The translations under genes and the position numbers were made by a program. 51,849 bases of DNA from positions 1-51,849 of the forward strand of contig JBBAWJ010000001.1 in NCBI GenBank assembly GCA_040397255.1. The letters are read 5' to 3'. The DNA comes from Candidatus Limnocylindrus sp. GTDB taxonomy: Bacteria; Chloroflexota; Limnocylindria; Limnocylindrales; Limnocylindraceae. Shown here one piece after another: positions 41,079 through 49,265 of the stretch (position 1 is its first letter; each line of letters starts with the position of its first letter). The notes under the pieces are model-generated. The model did not search any database and had not been told where the DNA came from. It saw only the letters and a list, made by a program, of their open reading frames with translations.

Positions 41079-42619
41079 TGCCGGGCGCCACGCGTCGTCT
41101 TGCACTGATCATCGTTGACGGGTTTGGCGTCGGCGACGGCGGCGCATGTGATGCCATCTCTGCCGCATCCATGCCGAACTGGCGTGCGCTCTGCGCACAG
41201 CACCCGCATACGACACTCGGCGCGAGCGGCGAGGCGGTTGGACTTCCTGCTGGCCAGATGGGGAACAGCGAGGTCGGCCACCTGAACATCGGGAGCGGAC
41301 AGTGCGTACCGCAAGACCTTCCGCGCATCGATGCGGCGATTGCCGACGGCTCATTTGCACAGATGGCCGGCCTGCGCAGCGCACTGAGCGCAGCGCAAGA
41401 GAGCGGCCTGCATCTAATTACGCTCCTTGGCGGCGGCGGCGTGCATGCCAACGATCGCCATGCAATCGAGGTGCTGCGCGCCGCTCACGAGGCCGGCATC
41501 CCGCGAATTCTCGTGCACCTCCTCCTTGATGGTCGCGATACGCCACCCCGTTCGGCCGCGGCAGCCCTCACCTCGTTCCAACAGCGCATGAGCCAGGCGG
41601 CGCCATCCGCACAGATTGCGACCATTGGGGGGCGCTACTACGGCATGGATCGTGACGCGCGTTGGGAGCGTACGACCGCCGCACTCGAGGCCATCGTTCT
41701 TGACGGCGATCGCCTTGCGGCCAGCGCAGAGCTCGCCCTCGAGGAGGCGTACGCGCGCGGTGAGAGCGATGAGTTCGTCCTACCGACGAGGGTGGCGCTG
41801 CGCGACGCAGCAGCGATTCGATTCGCCCCCTCCGACGTGGTGATCCATGCAAATTTCCGCGCCGATCGAGCGCGACAACTCGTTCGTGCCCTAGCCGCAC
41901 CAGAGTTGTCTGAACTTGCTCGTCCCGCCACTCTTCCAGTGCGTTGCTGGGGGATGACCTCCTACGGAGAGGGAGAGGGGCTCGCGCTCGTGCAGCCAAT
42001 CTTCGGGCCCTCTGTTGTGCCATCACTCGCCGGGCTCGTTGCCGCCGCGGGCATGCGCCAGCTGCACGTTGCAGAGACAGAGAAGTACGCGCATGTGACC
42101 TACTTCCTGAATGGCGGCATCGAAGAGGCGTTCTCGGGTGAGCGGCGCATGCTCGTACCGAGCGACCGCGTCGCCACCTACGACCTGGCACCCGAGATGC
42201 AGTCAGCGGCGATCGCGGCGGCGGTTGTCGCCGCACTCGAGCATGGAGACGAGGGGCTGATTGTGGCCAACCTCGCCAACCCCGATATGGTCGGACATAC
42301 GGGCGATTTTGCCGCCACGGTGCGCGCTTGTGAGGCCGCTGACCGCGCCATTGGCGCGATCGCAGCAGCGGCTGCAGCGGCTGGCGTGGCCCTGATGATT
42401 ACGGGCGACCATGGCAATGCTGAGGAGATGTGCGCCGCTGATGGTTCGCCGCTCACGAGCCACACCCTGCAGCGAGTGCCGCTCCTGCTCGCGTACGGCG
42501 AGGGCTCAGGGGCAGCGCTGGCAGAGGGGGACCTCCGAGATATCGCCCCTACCGCCTGCGCCCTCTTGGGCCTGCGCCCTGACCCGGCAATGACGGGGGA
42601 GTCACTCCTGCGACCCTAG
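41075..42619 (+). CDS. gpmI: 2,3-bisphosphoglycerate-independent phosphoglycerate mutase
   Basis: 514 aa with LIIVDGFG, GNSEVGHLNIGSG, NPDMVGHTG and TGDHGNAE. The start is GTG 41075 or ATG 41078, overlapping the tpiA stop. Confidence 0.92.
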   Translation: MMPGATRRLALIIVDGFGVGDGGACDAISAASMPNWRALCAQHPHTTLGASGEAVGLPAGQMGNSEVGHLNIGSGQCVPQDLPRIDAAIADGSFAQMAGLRSALSAAQESGLHLITLLGGGGVHANDRHAIEVLRAAHEAGIPRILVHLLLDGRDTPPRSAAAALTSFQQRMSQAAPSAQIATIGGRYYGMDRDARWERTTAALEAIVLDGDRLAASAELALEEAYARGESDEFVLPTRVALRDAAAIRFAPSDVVIHANFRADRARQLVRALAAPELSELARPATLPVRCWGMTSYGEGEGLALVQPIFGPSVVPSLAGLVAAAGMRQLHVAETEKYAHVTYFLNGGIEEAFSGERRMLVPSDRVATYDLAPEMQSAAIAAAVVAALEHGDEGLIVANLANPDMVGHTGDFAATVRACEAADRAIGAIAAAAAAAGVALMITGDHGNAEEMCAADGSPLTSHTLQRVPLLLAYGEGSGAALAEGDLRDIAPTACALLGLRPDPAMTGESLLRP

Positions 42620-42647
42620 CCTCCAGGCACCTCCTGCGTGGGTCGGG

Positions 42648-42656
42648 TGGTAGAGT
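42648..42656 (+). promoter_or_regulatory. candidate extended -10 (TGgTAGAGT) upstream of secG
   Basis: Sequence is gggTGGTAGAGTgaac, about 35 nt upstream of the secG ATG, which has its own AGGAGG SD. No clear -35. Confidence 0.3.
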
Positions 42657-42690
42657 GAACGCAAGAAGAGATAGTCCAGTAGGAGGACCT

Positions 42691-42912
42691 ATGAATCCAG
42701 TACTTGCACTCGGACAGATCGTCGTCAGCATCTTTTTGATCATTGCCATCCTGATGCAGTCCCGAGGAATCGGCCTCAGCTCTGCCTTCGGTGGGGACTC
42801 CAGCGTGTATCGTTCCCGCCGCGGGGTTGAGCGCCAGCTGCTCCGCTTTACGGTCGCGTTGATCATCCTCTTCGTCGGCTTCTCGGTGCTCGGCTACCTC
42901 CAGACGAACTAA
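42691..42912 (+). CDS. secG: preprotein translocase subunit SecG
   Basis: MNPVLALGQIVVSIFLIIAILMQSRGIGLSSAFGG. The internal ATG at 42691 is preceded by AGGAGG and preferred over the track start at 42655. Confidence 0.8.
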   Translation: MNPVLALGQIVVSIFLIIAILMQSRGIGLSSAFGGDSSVYRSRRGVERQLLRFTVALIILFVGFSVLGYLQTN

Positions 42913-42926
42913 GTCGGACCGCCCTG

Positions 42927-44588
42927 GTGAGCAGGCAATACGGCGCTCGACAGGGGATCACCCGCAAAATCGCTGCGGTGATCTTTGCCGCCGCCGCACT
43001 CTTTGCCGGGGCCGCCCAACTCGGCCTGACCAGCGCTCAAGTCCCAGGAGTTGGTGCGCCAGGCGGAGAGTTGCCATCTGGCGAAGGGGTGCTGACCGTT
43101 GGCGTTGTGGGGATCGCCTCAACGCCACTGCCGCTCTTCGCTGAGACCGCCGCCGATCGTGCCGTTGTATCACTGACCTATCGAAGCCTGACGCGCCTTG
43201 ATGCCAGCGGGTGGCCAGGACCGGACGTGGCCTCGGCGTGGAGTGTCGCCGCCAACGGGCTTTCATGGACGATCACCCTGGACCCGGCTGCGCACTGGCA
43301 GGATGGATCCACGGTGACCGCGGCCGATGTGCTCACGACGATCGCGATTGCGTCAGAGCTCGGCACCGCGGGTGGGTATTGGCAGTCGATCACTGCGGAA
43401 GAGGGCGATGATGCTGGCACGGTGCGAATGAGCGCCTCACGGGCGCTGGCAAACCTCCCAACGATGCTCAGCTCACTGCCACTCCTCTCTGCGACACAGT
43501 TTGCCGGGCTCAGCGCGGCACAGATCCCAGACTCTGACGCGGCGAAGGTACCGCAGGGGAGCGGCCCATATCGCATTACGAGCATCTCCTCTGGGGGCGC
43601 TGGCCTGGTTCGACGAACCGATCTACTCGCCTCTGACCAGGCAGCCCTTGCGGCGGCTGGCACATCAGCAGAGAAGATCGCGCTCTACTTCTTCCCTGAC
43701 GCCGCATCGGCACTGCGCGGCTGGAGCACAAGTTCGCTCGATCAGCTTGTGGGGCTCGATATTGCGGATGCACGTCGCGGCACCGCTGCGCGAGGGAGAA
43801 CGATTGAGCTCGGCTCAACGGTCTTCTCGGGGATTGCCACGAACCTGCGACCAGGGAGCGTGCTTCGCGATCCGCGGCTGCGAGCGGGCCTAGCAGCGCT
43901 CCTCGACCCTGTTGCGATCACCAACGTATTCGGCGGCTCTGTTGCACGGACACCCGTGTCGCCGCTCTCGTGGGGCTGGAGTGCACTCCCTGACGCAACG
44001 AGTGGCGCTGACTATGCGACGAGCCTTTTCAAGTCGGTCAAGTGGAAGCAGGGGGCCACGGGGTGGTCGCTGCCAAGTGGCGCGGCCGCGAGCCTTGAGA
44101 TTCTCACCTTGCCGGCGCTGGCGCACCCTGCTGACGCCGCGGTCGCGGCGCAGGCGGCGGCGGCGTGGACGGCCTTCGGTATCCCAACTCAGGTGACAGA
44201 GCTCTCTCCTATCGATCTCACCAGCCGCCTGGCATCGGGAGCGTTCCAACTTGCCGTTCTGAACGTTGATGTCGGCATCGATGTTGATCTCTATCCACTC
44301 CTCGGGTCGGGAGCAGTCCTGACCGGCGGCAACGTCGCGGGAATCCAGCTTAAGGATCTTGACGTGTTGCTCAATCGCGCTCGCCAGCCAGGCGACCGGG
44401 CTGCACGCACGGCCTCCTTGGTGGCCCTGCAGAAATGGCTTGCGGAGACGAACTACATCTTGCCAATCCGCTTCCGTTCGGTCGAACTCTTGAGCTCAAG
44501 CCGTGTCACCCAGGTGGCCCCAATGCTCGTTGACGAGCCTGAGAGCTACCTGCGGGCTGTGCTATCCTTCCGCCTCGCGACCCCCTAA
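42927..44588 (+). CDS. extracellular solute-binding protein, family 5 (peptide/nickel-type ABC SBP fold), orphan
   Basis: 553 aa with an N-terminal hydrophobic anchor/signal and the family-5-like motif GLSWTITLDPAAHWQDGSTVTAADVLTTI. No permease or ATPase gene is adjacent. Confidence 0.65.
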   Translation: MSRQYGARQGITRKIAAVIFAAAALFAGAAQLGLTSAQVPGVGAPGGELPSGEGVLTVGVVGIASTPLPLFAETAADRAVVSLTYRSLTRLDASGWPGPDVASAWSVAANGLSWTITLDPAAHWQDGSTVTAADVLTTIAIASELGTAGGYWQSITAEEGDDAGTVRMSASRALANLPTMLSSLPLLSATQFAGLSAAQIPDSDAAKVPQGSGPYRITSISSGGAGLVRRTDLLASDQAALAAAGTSAEKIALYFFPDAASALRGWSTSSLDQLVGLDIADARRGTAARGRTIELGSTVFSGIATNLRPGSVLRDPRLRAGLAALLDPVAITNVFGGSVARTPVSPLSWGWSALPDATSGADYATSLFKSVKWKQGATGWSLPSGAAASLEILTLPALAHPADAAVAAQAAAAWTAFGIPTQVTELSPIDLTSRLASGAFQLAVLNVDVGIDVDLYPLLGSGAVLTGGNVAGIQLKDLDVLLNRARQPGDRAARTASLVALQKWLAETNYILPIRFRSVELLSSSRVTQVAPMLVDEPESYLRAVLSFRLATP

Positions 44589-44608
44589 GCGATTGGGGGT
44601 TCGAACGG

Positions 44609-44695
44609 GTCGAGGTGGCGGAATTGGCAGACGCGCTGGCTTCAGGAGCCAGTGTCCGCAAGGACGTATGGGTTCAAGTCCCTTCCTCGATACCA
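44609..44695 (+). tRNA. tRNA-Leu (anticodon CAG), CCA encoded
   Basis: GTCGAGGTGGCGGAATTGGCAGACGC, anticodon loop TTCAGGA, long variable arm, T-arm GGGTTCAAGTCCC, acceptor 3' CCTCGATACCA. There is one T-stem mismatch. Confidence 0.85.
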
Positions 44696-44703
44696 GCACC
44701 TGT

Positions 44704-44788
44704 GCCCAGGTGGCGGAATTGGTATACGCGTACGTTTGAGGGGCGTATGACGCAAGTCATCCGGGTTCAAGTCCCGGTCTGGGCACCA
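44704..44788 (+). tRNA. tRNA-Leu (anticodon GAG), CCA encoded
   Basis: GCCCAGGTGGCGGAATTGGTATACGC, anticodon loop TTGAGGG, long variable arm, CCGGGTTCAAGTCCCGG, TCTGGGCACCA. Confidence 0.9.
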
Positions 44789-44827
44789 CATCTCTTACGC
44801 TGACGGCCAGGGGCCGCAGCCGCACCC

Positions 44828-44903
44828 GGGCGGTTAGCTCAGTTGGTAGAGCACCTCGTTTACACCGAGGGGGTCGGGGGTTCGAGCCCCTCACCGCCCA
44901 CCA
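44828..44903 (+). tRNA. tRNA-Val (anticodon UAC), CCA encoded
   Basis: GGGCGGTTAGCTCAGTTGGTAGAGC, anticodon arm CCTCG-TTTACAC-CGAGG, GGGGGTTCGAGCCCCTC, ACCGCCCACCA. Confidence 0.92.
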
Positions 44904-45006
44904 GCACCCCCATTTGCCTCCCCTTGAGTGCCTCGTTGCGTCCCTCGGCGGGGGAGGGTATCCTTGCCGCCGTTGGTGCGTACGTTCGCGTGGCTGCGGG
45001 CGTCGG

Positions 45007-45082
45007 GCCGAGATAGCTCAGTTGGTAGAGCGCGCGCCTGAAGAGCGCGGTGTCGCCAGTTCGAATCTGGCTCTCGGCACCA
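45007..45082 (+). tRNA. tRNA-Phe (anticodon GAA), CCA encoded
   Basis: GCCGAGATAGCTCAGTTGGTAGAGC, anticodon arm CGCGC-CTGAAGA-GCGCG, GCCAGTTCGAATCTGGC, TCTCGGCACCA. Confidence 0.92.
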
Positions 45083-45098
45083 CTAAAGGTTGACCGGT

Positions 45099-45174
45099 GC
45101 GGAAGTGGCTCAGTTGGTAGAGCATCACATTGCCAATGTGAAGGTCGCGGGTTCGAGTCCCGTCTTCCGCTCCA
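45099..45174 (+). tRNA. tRNA-Gly (anticodon GCC), CCA encoded
   Basis: GCGGAAGTGGCTCAGTTGGTAGAGC, anticodon arm TCACA-TTGCCAA-TGTGA, GCGGGTTCGAGTCCCGT, CTTCCGCTCCA. Confidence 0.92.
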
Positions 45175-45203
45175 CTCCCTCATTTGGGGACTCGAGGGGT
45201 CGT

Positions 45204-45277
45204 TGCCCCTTCGTCTAGTGGTAGGACAGCGGACTTTGGATCCGTGAACCGAGGTTCGAATCCTCGAGGGGCAGCCA
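45204..45277 (+). tRNA. tRNA-Gln (anticodon UUG), CCA encoded
   Basis: TGCCCCTTCGTCTAGTGGTAGGAC, anticodon arm GCGGA-CTTTGGA-TCCGT, CGAGGTTCGAATCCTCG, AGGGGCAGCCA. Confidence 0.9.
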
Positions 45278-45287
45278 GCACACACAG

Positions 45288-45364
45288 GGCGACGTACCCA
45301 AGTGGTCTAAGGGGGGGGTCTGCAAAACCCCTATTCGCCGGTTCGAATCCGGCCGTCGCCTCCA
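45288..45364 (+). tRNA. tRNA-Cys (anticodon GCA), CCA encoded
   Basis: GGCGACGTACCCAAGTGGTCTAAGGG, anticodon arm GGGGT-CTGCAAA-ACCCC, GCCGGTTCGAATCCGGC, CGTCGCCTCCA. Confidence 0.9.
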
Positions 45365-45375
45365 ACTCCCCACCG

Positions 45376-45404
45376 TTGAAGCTCCCCGCACCCCCTGCTA
45401 CACT
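45376..45404 (+). promoter_or_regulatory. candidate sigma-70-type promoter for rpsF-ssb-rpsR: TTGAAG-N17-TACACT
   Basis: -35 TTGAAG at 45376-45381, exact 17-nt spacer, -10 TACACT at 45399-45404. It lies in the 119-nt gap between tRNA-Cys and rpsF and would give a leader of about 70 nt. Confidence 0.45.
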
Positions 45405-45483
45405 CACTTCTGCCTTTCGGCTCCGGCCCACTACGCAAGTCGCGTAGGGCGCACCGGGGCGAATCCATAGGAAGGAGTGGCCA

Positions 45484-45900
45484 ATGCGCCGCTATGAGCT
45501 CATGTTGATTCTCCGTCCCGATGTGACGGAAGAGCGCACGAAGGCGATCTTCGAGCGCACCACCCGCTCCATCACCGAGCAGGGCGGAACAATTCTTAAG
45601 GACGTCGCCTGGGGCCGCCGCCGCATGGCCTACGAGATCGATCACGCCAAGGACGGCGTCTACCAGATCTATGTGTTCGAGGTTGCCGCATCGGCCATCG
45701 CCGAGATTGAGCGCGTGCTCCTGATCACCGAAGAGGTGCTCCGCCACCTGGTGATCCGCGACGAGCGCAAGGGTGCCGCCGCACTTCGCGACTTCAATCT
45801 TGATGGTGGTACGCCGGCGCGACTCGAGCTCGACGCCGATGACACCGAGGGCGAAATCGCCGCCGCAGCCGCAGCAGCCGCTGCAGCTGGCGGGGAGTAG
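45484..45900 (+). CDS. rpsF: 30S ribosomal protein S6 (with Ala-rich/acidic C-terminal tail)
   Basis: MRRYELMLILRPD... with SD AGGAG upstream. At 138 aa it is longer than the ~100-aa core because of the tail ...DADDTEGEIAAAAAAAAAAGGE. Confidence 0.9.
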   Translation: MRRYELMLILRPDVTEERTKAIFERTTRSITEQGGTILKDVAWGRRRMAYEIDHAKDGVYQIYVFEVAASAIAEIERVLLITEEVLRHLVIRDERKGAAALRDFNLDGGTPARLELDADDTEGEIAAAAAAAAAAGGE

Positions 45901-45903
45901 TCC

Positions 45904-46344
45904 ATGTCGTTCGCGAAGATCAGCATCATCGGAAACCTTGGTGCCGACCCAGAGCTCAAGTACACCGCCGATGGCAAGCCGCGCCTTGAGATGCGCGTTG
46001 CTACCAATGAGCGCCGCAAGGCTGCTGGCGGCGACTGGGAAGATAAGACCACCTGGTATCGCGTCATCATGTTTGGTGAGCGATCGGTGAAGCTGGCTGA
46101 GTGGCTCCGCAAGGGGCGCAAGGTCTACGCCGAGGGCCGGCTACAGGTTGACCTCTACGACTCGAAAGAGGGAGAGAAGCGCGTTGCGCTGGACATCCTC
46201 GCGAGCGAAGTCGTCATCGTCGATCGAAATCCTGATGCTGATCCGAACGCGCCACGGGCGCCTCGATCGGCTGCACCGAGCCAGGGTGCTCCAGAAGAGA
46301 GCAACCAGTCGGCGCCGAGCGATCTCGACGACCTTCCGTTCTAA
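45904..46344 (+). CDS. ssb: single-stranded DNA-binding protein
   Basis: 146 aa with OB fold (ISIIGNLGADPELKYT...TWYRV), a disordered Pro/Ala-rich linker and the acidic tip DLDDLPF. Confidence 0.92.
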   Translation: MSFAKISIIGNLGADPELKYTADGKPRLEMRVATNERRKAAGGDWEDKTTWYRVIMFGERSVKLAEWLRKGRKVYAEGRLQVDLYDSKEGEKRVALDILASEVVIVDRNPDADPNAPRAPRSAAPSQGAPEESNQSAPSDLDDLPF

Positions 46345-46376
46345 TCCCAACCACATCGAATTGAGAGGAGCACACC

Positions 46377-46646
46377 ATGCCTGAGGCACCAAAGCGATTC
46401 AAGAAGCGTGATGACAAGTTCGGCGCAGGGCGACGTCGCCGCGTCTGCTCGTTCTGCAGCGACAAGCAGGGGTACATCGACTACAAGGAGATCAATCGTC
46501 TCCGCCGCTACCTTTCGGACCGCGCCAAGATCGAGCCACGTCGCAAGACGGGCACCTGCGCGCAGCATCAGCGCGAAGTCACCGCAGCGCTTAAGCGCGC
46601 TCGGCAGATGGCGCTCTTGCCGTACGCACCGCAGCACCAGGGCTAG
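46377..46646 (+). CDS. rpsR: 30S ribosomal protein S18
   Basis: 89 aa with [60 protein letters not shown]. Confidence 0.9.
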   Translation: MPEAPKRFKKRDDKFGAGRRRRVCSFCSDKQGYIDYKEINRLRRYLSDRAKIEPRRKTGTCAQHQREVTAALKRARQMALLPYAPQHQG

Positions 46647-46649
46647 GAT
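46644..46649 (+). promoter_or_regulatory. candidate -10 box TAGGAT overlapping the rpsR stop, 18 nt upstream of the ilvE ATG
   Basis: Sequence is ggcTAGGATccggtaGGGGAGGGcttcATG. It would give a very short SD-containing leader. Confidence 0.25.
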
Positions 46650-46667
46650 CCGGTAGGGGAGGGCTTC

Positions 46668-47606
46668 ATGGCAGAGAGCGCAGGCCACGAGTACGACGGG
46701 ATCATCGCCTATCTAGAGGGCGACTTCCGACCGTTGGCCGATGCCAAAGTCAGCGTGATGACGCACGCGTTCCTGTACGGCACGGCCACCTTTGAAGGGA
46801 TTCGCGCCTACTGGAACGCGGACGAGCAGCAGCTCTACGCGCTGAAGGTCACCGAGCACCTGGAGCGGCTGCGCTCCTCTTGCAAGATCATGCTGATGGA
46901 CCCACTCCCAGATGTGCAAGAGCTGAAGGGGATCGTGGTCGAGCTCCTGAAGCGCAATGCGTTCAAAGAGGACGTGTACATTCGCCCGAGCGTCTACAAG
47001 AGCACCAAGGCGATCGGGGTAAAGCTCCACGGCTTAGAGAGCGATCTCTACGTCATCTCTGTTCCCTTTGGCGACTACATCGACACCGCGACGGGGATCC
47101 GCTGCGCGACCGTGGCAACGCGCCGCACCTCTGATCTGGCCATTCCAGCGCGGGCCAAGATCGCTGGCAACTACGTGAACAGCGCCTTCTCGAAGAGTGA
47201 GGCGGGGCTGAACGGCTTTGACGAGGCGATCGTGCTCACCGAGGCGGGGAAGGTCTCAGAGGGCTCGGCCGAAAACCTCTTCATGGTGCGTGGCGGGAAG
47301 CTCGTTACCCCTGGGGTGAACGATGACATCCTGGAAGGGATCACTCGAGCGGGCATCATCGAGATTGCTGCAGAGCTCGGCATCCCGGTGGTTGAGCGTC
47401 AGATCGACCGGAGCGAGCTCTACATCGCCGACGAGATCTTCCTCGTAGGGACTGGTGCGCAGGTATCGCCTGTGATTGAGGTTGATCACCGTTCCGTCGG
47501 TACTGGGAAGATTGGCGAACTAACGAAGCGAATTCAGAGCCGCTACTTTGATGCCGTGCGCGGTAAGGCGCCCGCCTACAAGCACTGGCTCACGCCGATC
47601 TACTAA
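46668..47606 (+). CDS. ilvE: branched-chain amino acid aminotransferase (fold type IV)
   Basis: 312 aa with FEGIRAY, a PARAKIAGNYVNS-type lysine region and EGITR...ERQI...ADEIFLVGTGAQVSPV, typical of class IV IlvE. Confidence 0.88.
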   Translation: MAESAGHEYDGIIAYLEGDFRPLADAKVSVMTHAFLYGTATFEGIRAYWNADEQQLYALKVTEHLERLRSSCKIMLMDPLPDVQELKGIVVELLKRNAFKEDVYIRPSVYKSTKAIGVKLHGLESDLYVISVPFGDYIDTATGIRCATVATRRTSDLAIPARAKIAGNYVNSAFSKSEAGLNGFDEAIVLTEAGKVSEGSAENLFMVRGGKLVTPGVNDDILEGITRAGIIEIAAELGIPVVERQIDRSELYIADEIFLVGTGAQVSPVIEVDHRSVGTGKIGELTKRIQSRYFDAVRGKAPAYKHWLTPIY

Positions 47607-47620
47607 ACCGGGCGGCGCTC

Positions 47621-49258
47621 CTACGGGGTGACGGTCGGCACGTCGGCGCCAGTAATAATCTCCACATCGACCGTAACGGTCTGGTCGTCGATCAACGTCG
47701 CCTTCATGCCGAGGAGTTGCTCAAGCAACGCGAGGGAGACGGGCATTCGCTGCTCCGCCCCGTTGTAGACGATGAATCGCGTCTTGAGCAGGCCGATCTC
47801 GCCGGGTGTGATCCCGTTTGGCGCTGACGCATCGAGTCCGGCCCGACTGAGCGCCGTCGCGAGCACTCCCGCCTCGCCCTTTCGACCAGTGCCATTCAGG
47901 ACCCAGATGCGTGCCGCCTCCCTGGCGAGTGACTCAGCCTCACGCTCCTCCTTGGTTGGCTGGGCGCTGAATGCTTGCAGCACCGCGGCGCGAATCTTGG
48001 CCACATCTGGGGTGATGATGTACCCACGGCTATCGGATCCGACAGTTTGATACGTCGGCGGCGTGAAGACGAGGCTGCGAATGCTCCCCGAGTCAATTTG
48101 GGCGATGAGATCTAAGAGGAGCGGGAGATCCTGCTGTGGGAAGTCGCTCTTGAGAGAATCCTTGAGCGCCGCTGCGAGTGAGGGGAGATTTCGCGTAATC
48201 GCCGCCATATCGCTTTGGGCACGGATGGCGGTGATCACCTGCTGCTGCCGCGCGGCGCGATCAAAGTCAGAGCTGCCGTGTCGTGATCGGGCAAAGATCA
48301 GCGCCTCTGCGCCATCCATCGCGTGCACGCCAGCCAGAACATGGATGCGTGCGTATTTGCCACCACCAAGGGGATACGAGTCATCCGTCACCGGATTTTT
48401 CGCCGTGATGCGCACACCATCAAGGGCATCCACAATCTCTTGGAAGCCAGTGAAATTCACCATCAGCGAGTAATCGATCGTCATGCCGTAGAAGTTGCCG
48501 AGCATTTCACGCAGGGCGGGCATGGGGCCGTCTGGGAAGACGTCCGCATTCTGACTTGCTGAGGTGTAGTAGGAGTTAATCTTGTTGCCATACGTTGCCC
48601 CGTACAGTCGCTGGGCGTTAGCGGGCACCGGGCAATCAACCGTGTCACGCGGAATGCTGAACATCGTGACGGTTCCATTGACCGGATCAACGCTGGCGAC
48701 GATCAGGGTGTCGGTGTTGAAGGAGGTGCTCTCCCCACGCTGATCGATGCCGACGAGGAGCACGTTCAGGCGCTCCTTCCCATCCCAGCGTGGTGCAGGG
48801 GTCGCGCCAGGCGTCTCGGTGCCAGAAGAGAAGATGCCGCCGACGAGCTCTGATGCCGTCGTGACATAGCTGCCAAGGATCAGATGCAGCGAGAGCGCGG
48901 CAACGAGCGAGAGGGCGAGGCCGGCAAACGAGGTGCCAATTGCGCGAAGTCCACTCTCCCGATGCACGGCTCCGCGCCACGCGTCAGCGGCTGCGACTCC
49001 ACGCCAGGCCGCAAGGAGAATGTTGAGGATGCCAGCTGCACTGAGCCCGAAGGGGGTGATGAGGAGTCCGACGAGGCCTGGCAGGCCATCCGCTGCGACG
49101 ATGCCACCTACCAGTGCCAGGAGGAGGATGGGCGGTGCGAGGAAGAGGAGTGCCGCTCGCCAGCGTCGCTCATAGAGGTGCCCGAACCCTGGGACCAGGA
49201 GCGAAAAGACAGCCGCCGCGAAGGCTGAGCGTCGTGGAGTCTCAGTCGGTTGGCTCAT
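47621..49258 (-). CDS. LytR-CpsA-Psr (LCP) family cell-envelope phosphotransferase with multi-TM N-terminus and LytR_C-like C-terminus
   Basis: LCP core LNVLLVGIDQRGE...TDTLIVASVDPVNGTVTMFSIPRDT and C-terminal IWVLNGTGRKGEAG. The start is uncertain. I prefer the ATG at 49258 (MSQPTETPRR..., TATGGT box 7 nt upstream) over the track TTG at 49339, which coincides with the divergent ileS ATG. Confidence 0.82.
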   Translation of the reverse strand: MSQPTETPRRSAFAAAVFSLLVPGFGHLYERRWRAALLFLAPPILLLALVGGIVAADGLPGLVGLLITPFGLSAAGILNILLAAWRGVAAADAWRGAVHRESGLRAIGTSFAGLALSLVAALSLHLILGSYVTTASELVGGIFSSGTETPGATPAPRWDGKERLNVLLVGIDQRGESTSFNTDTLIVASVDPVNGTVTMFSIPRDTVDCPVPANAQRLYGATYGNKINSYYTSASQNADVFPDGPMPALREMLGNFYGMTIDYSLMVNFTGFQEIVDALDGVRITAKNPVTDDSYPLGGGKYARIHVLAGVHAMDGAEALIFARSRHGSSDFDRAARQQQVITAIRAQSDMAAITRNLPSLAAALKDSLKSDFPQQDLPLLLDLIAQIDSGSIRSLVFTPPTYQTVGSDSRGYIITPDVAKIRAAVLQAFSAQPTKEEREAESLAREAARIWVLNGTGRKGEAGVLATALSRAGLDASAPNGITPGEIGLLKTRFIVYNGAEQRMPVSLALLEQLLGMKATLIDDQTVTVDVEIITGADVPTVTP

Positions 49259-49265
49259 AACGGGA

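Noticed and set aside
44589-44608. CCCCC-taagcgatt-GGGGG hairpin plus a GGTTCGAAC string at the end of the SBP gene, considered as a terminator or a tRNA fragment (integration scar).
   Set aside because: There is no U-tract for an intrinsic terminator. The T-loop-like string has no complementary stem or acceptor remnant, and no integrase or direct repeat is nearby.
44951-45040. SD-like GGGGAGGG in the Val-Phe tRNA spacer followed by a TTG-initiated ~29-codon frame.
   Set aside because: The frame runs straight into tRNA-Phe, and the purine tract is better explained as the 3' arm of the spacer hairpin.
44860-45285. 141-aa minus-strand ORF, and 60-87-aa ORFs on both strands, across the tRNA array.
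   Set aside because: They are made entirely of tRNA gene sequence and spacers. The tRNA cloverleaves explain the region.
4344-46649. TAGGAT itself as a specific conserved regulatory word (seen at 4344, 14895 minus, 30038 and 46644, all intergenic).
   Set aside because: At this base composition the hexamer is expected by chance roughly 15-20 times on both strands in 52 kb, and I could not exhaustively exclude coding occurrences. Only the positional TANNNT-to-start-codon pattern is reported as a finding.
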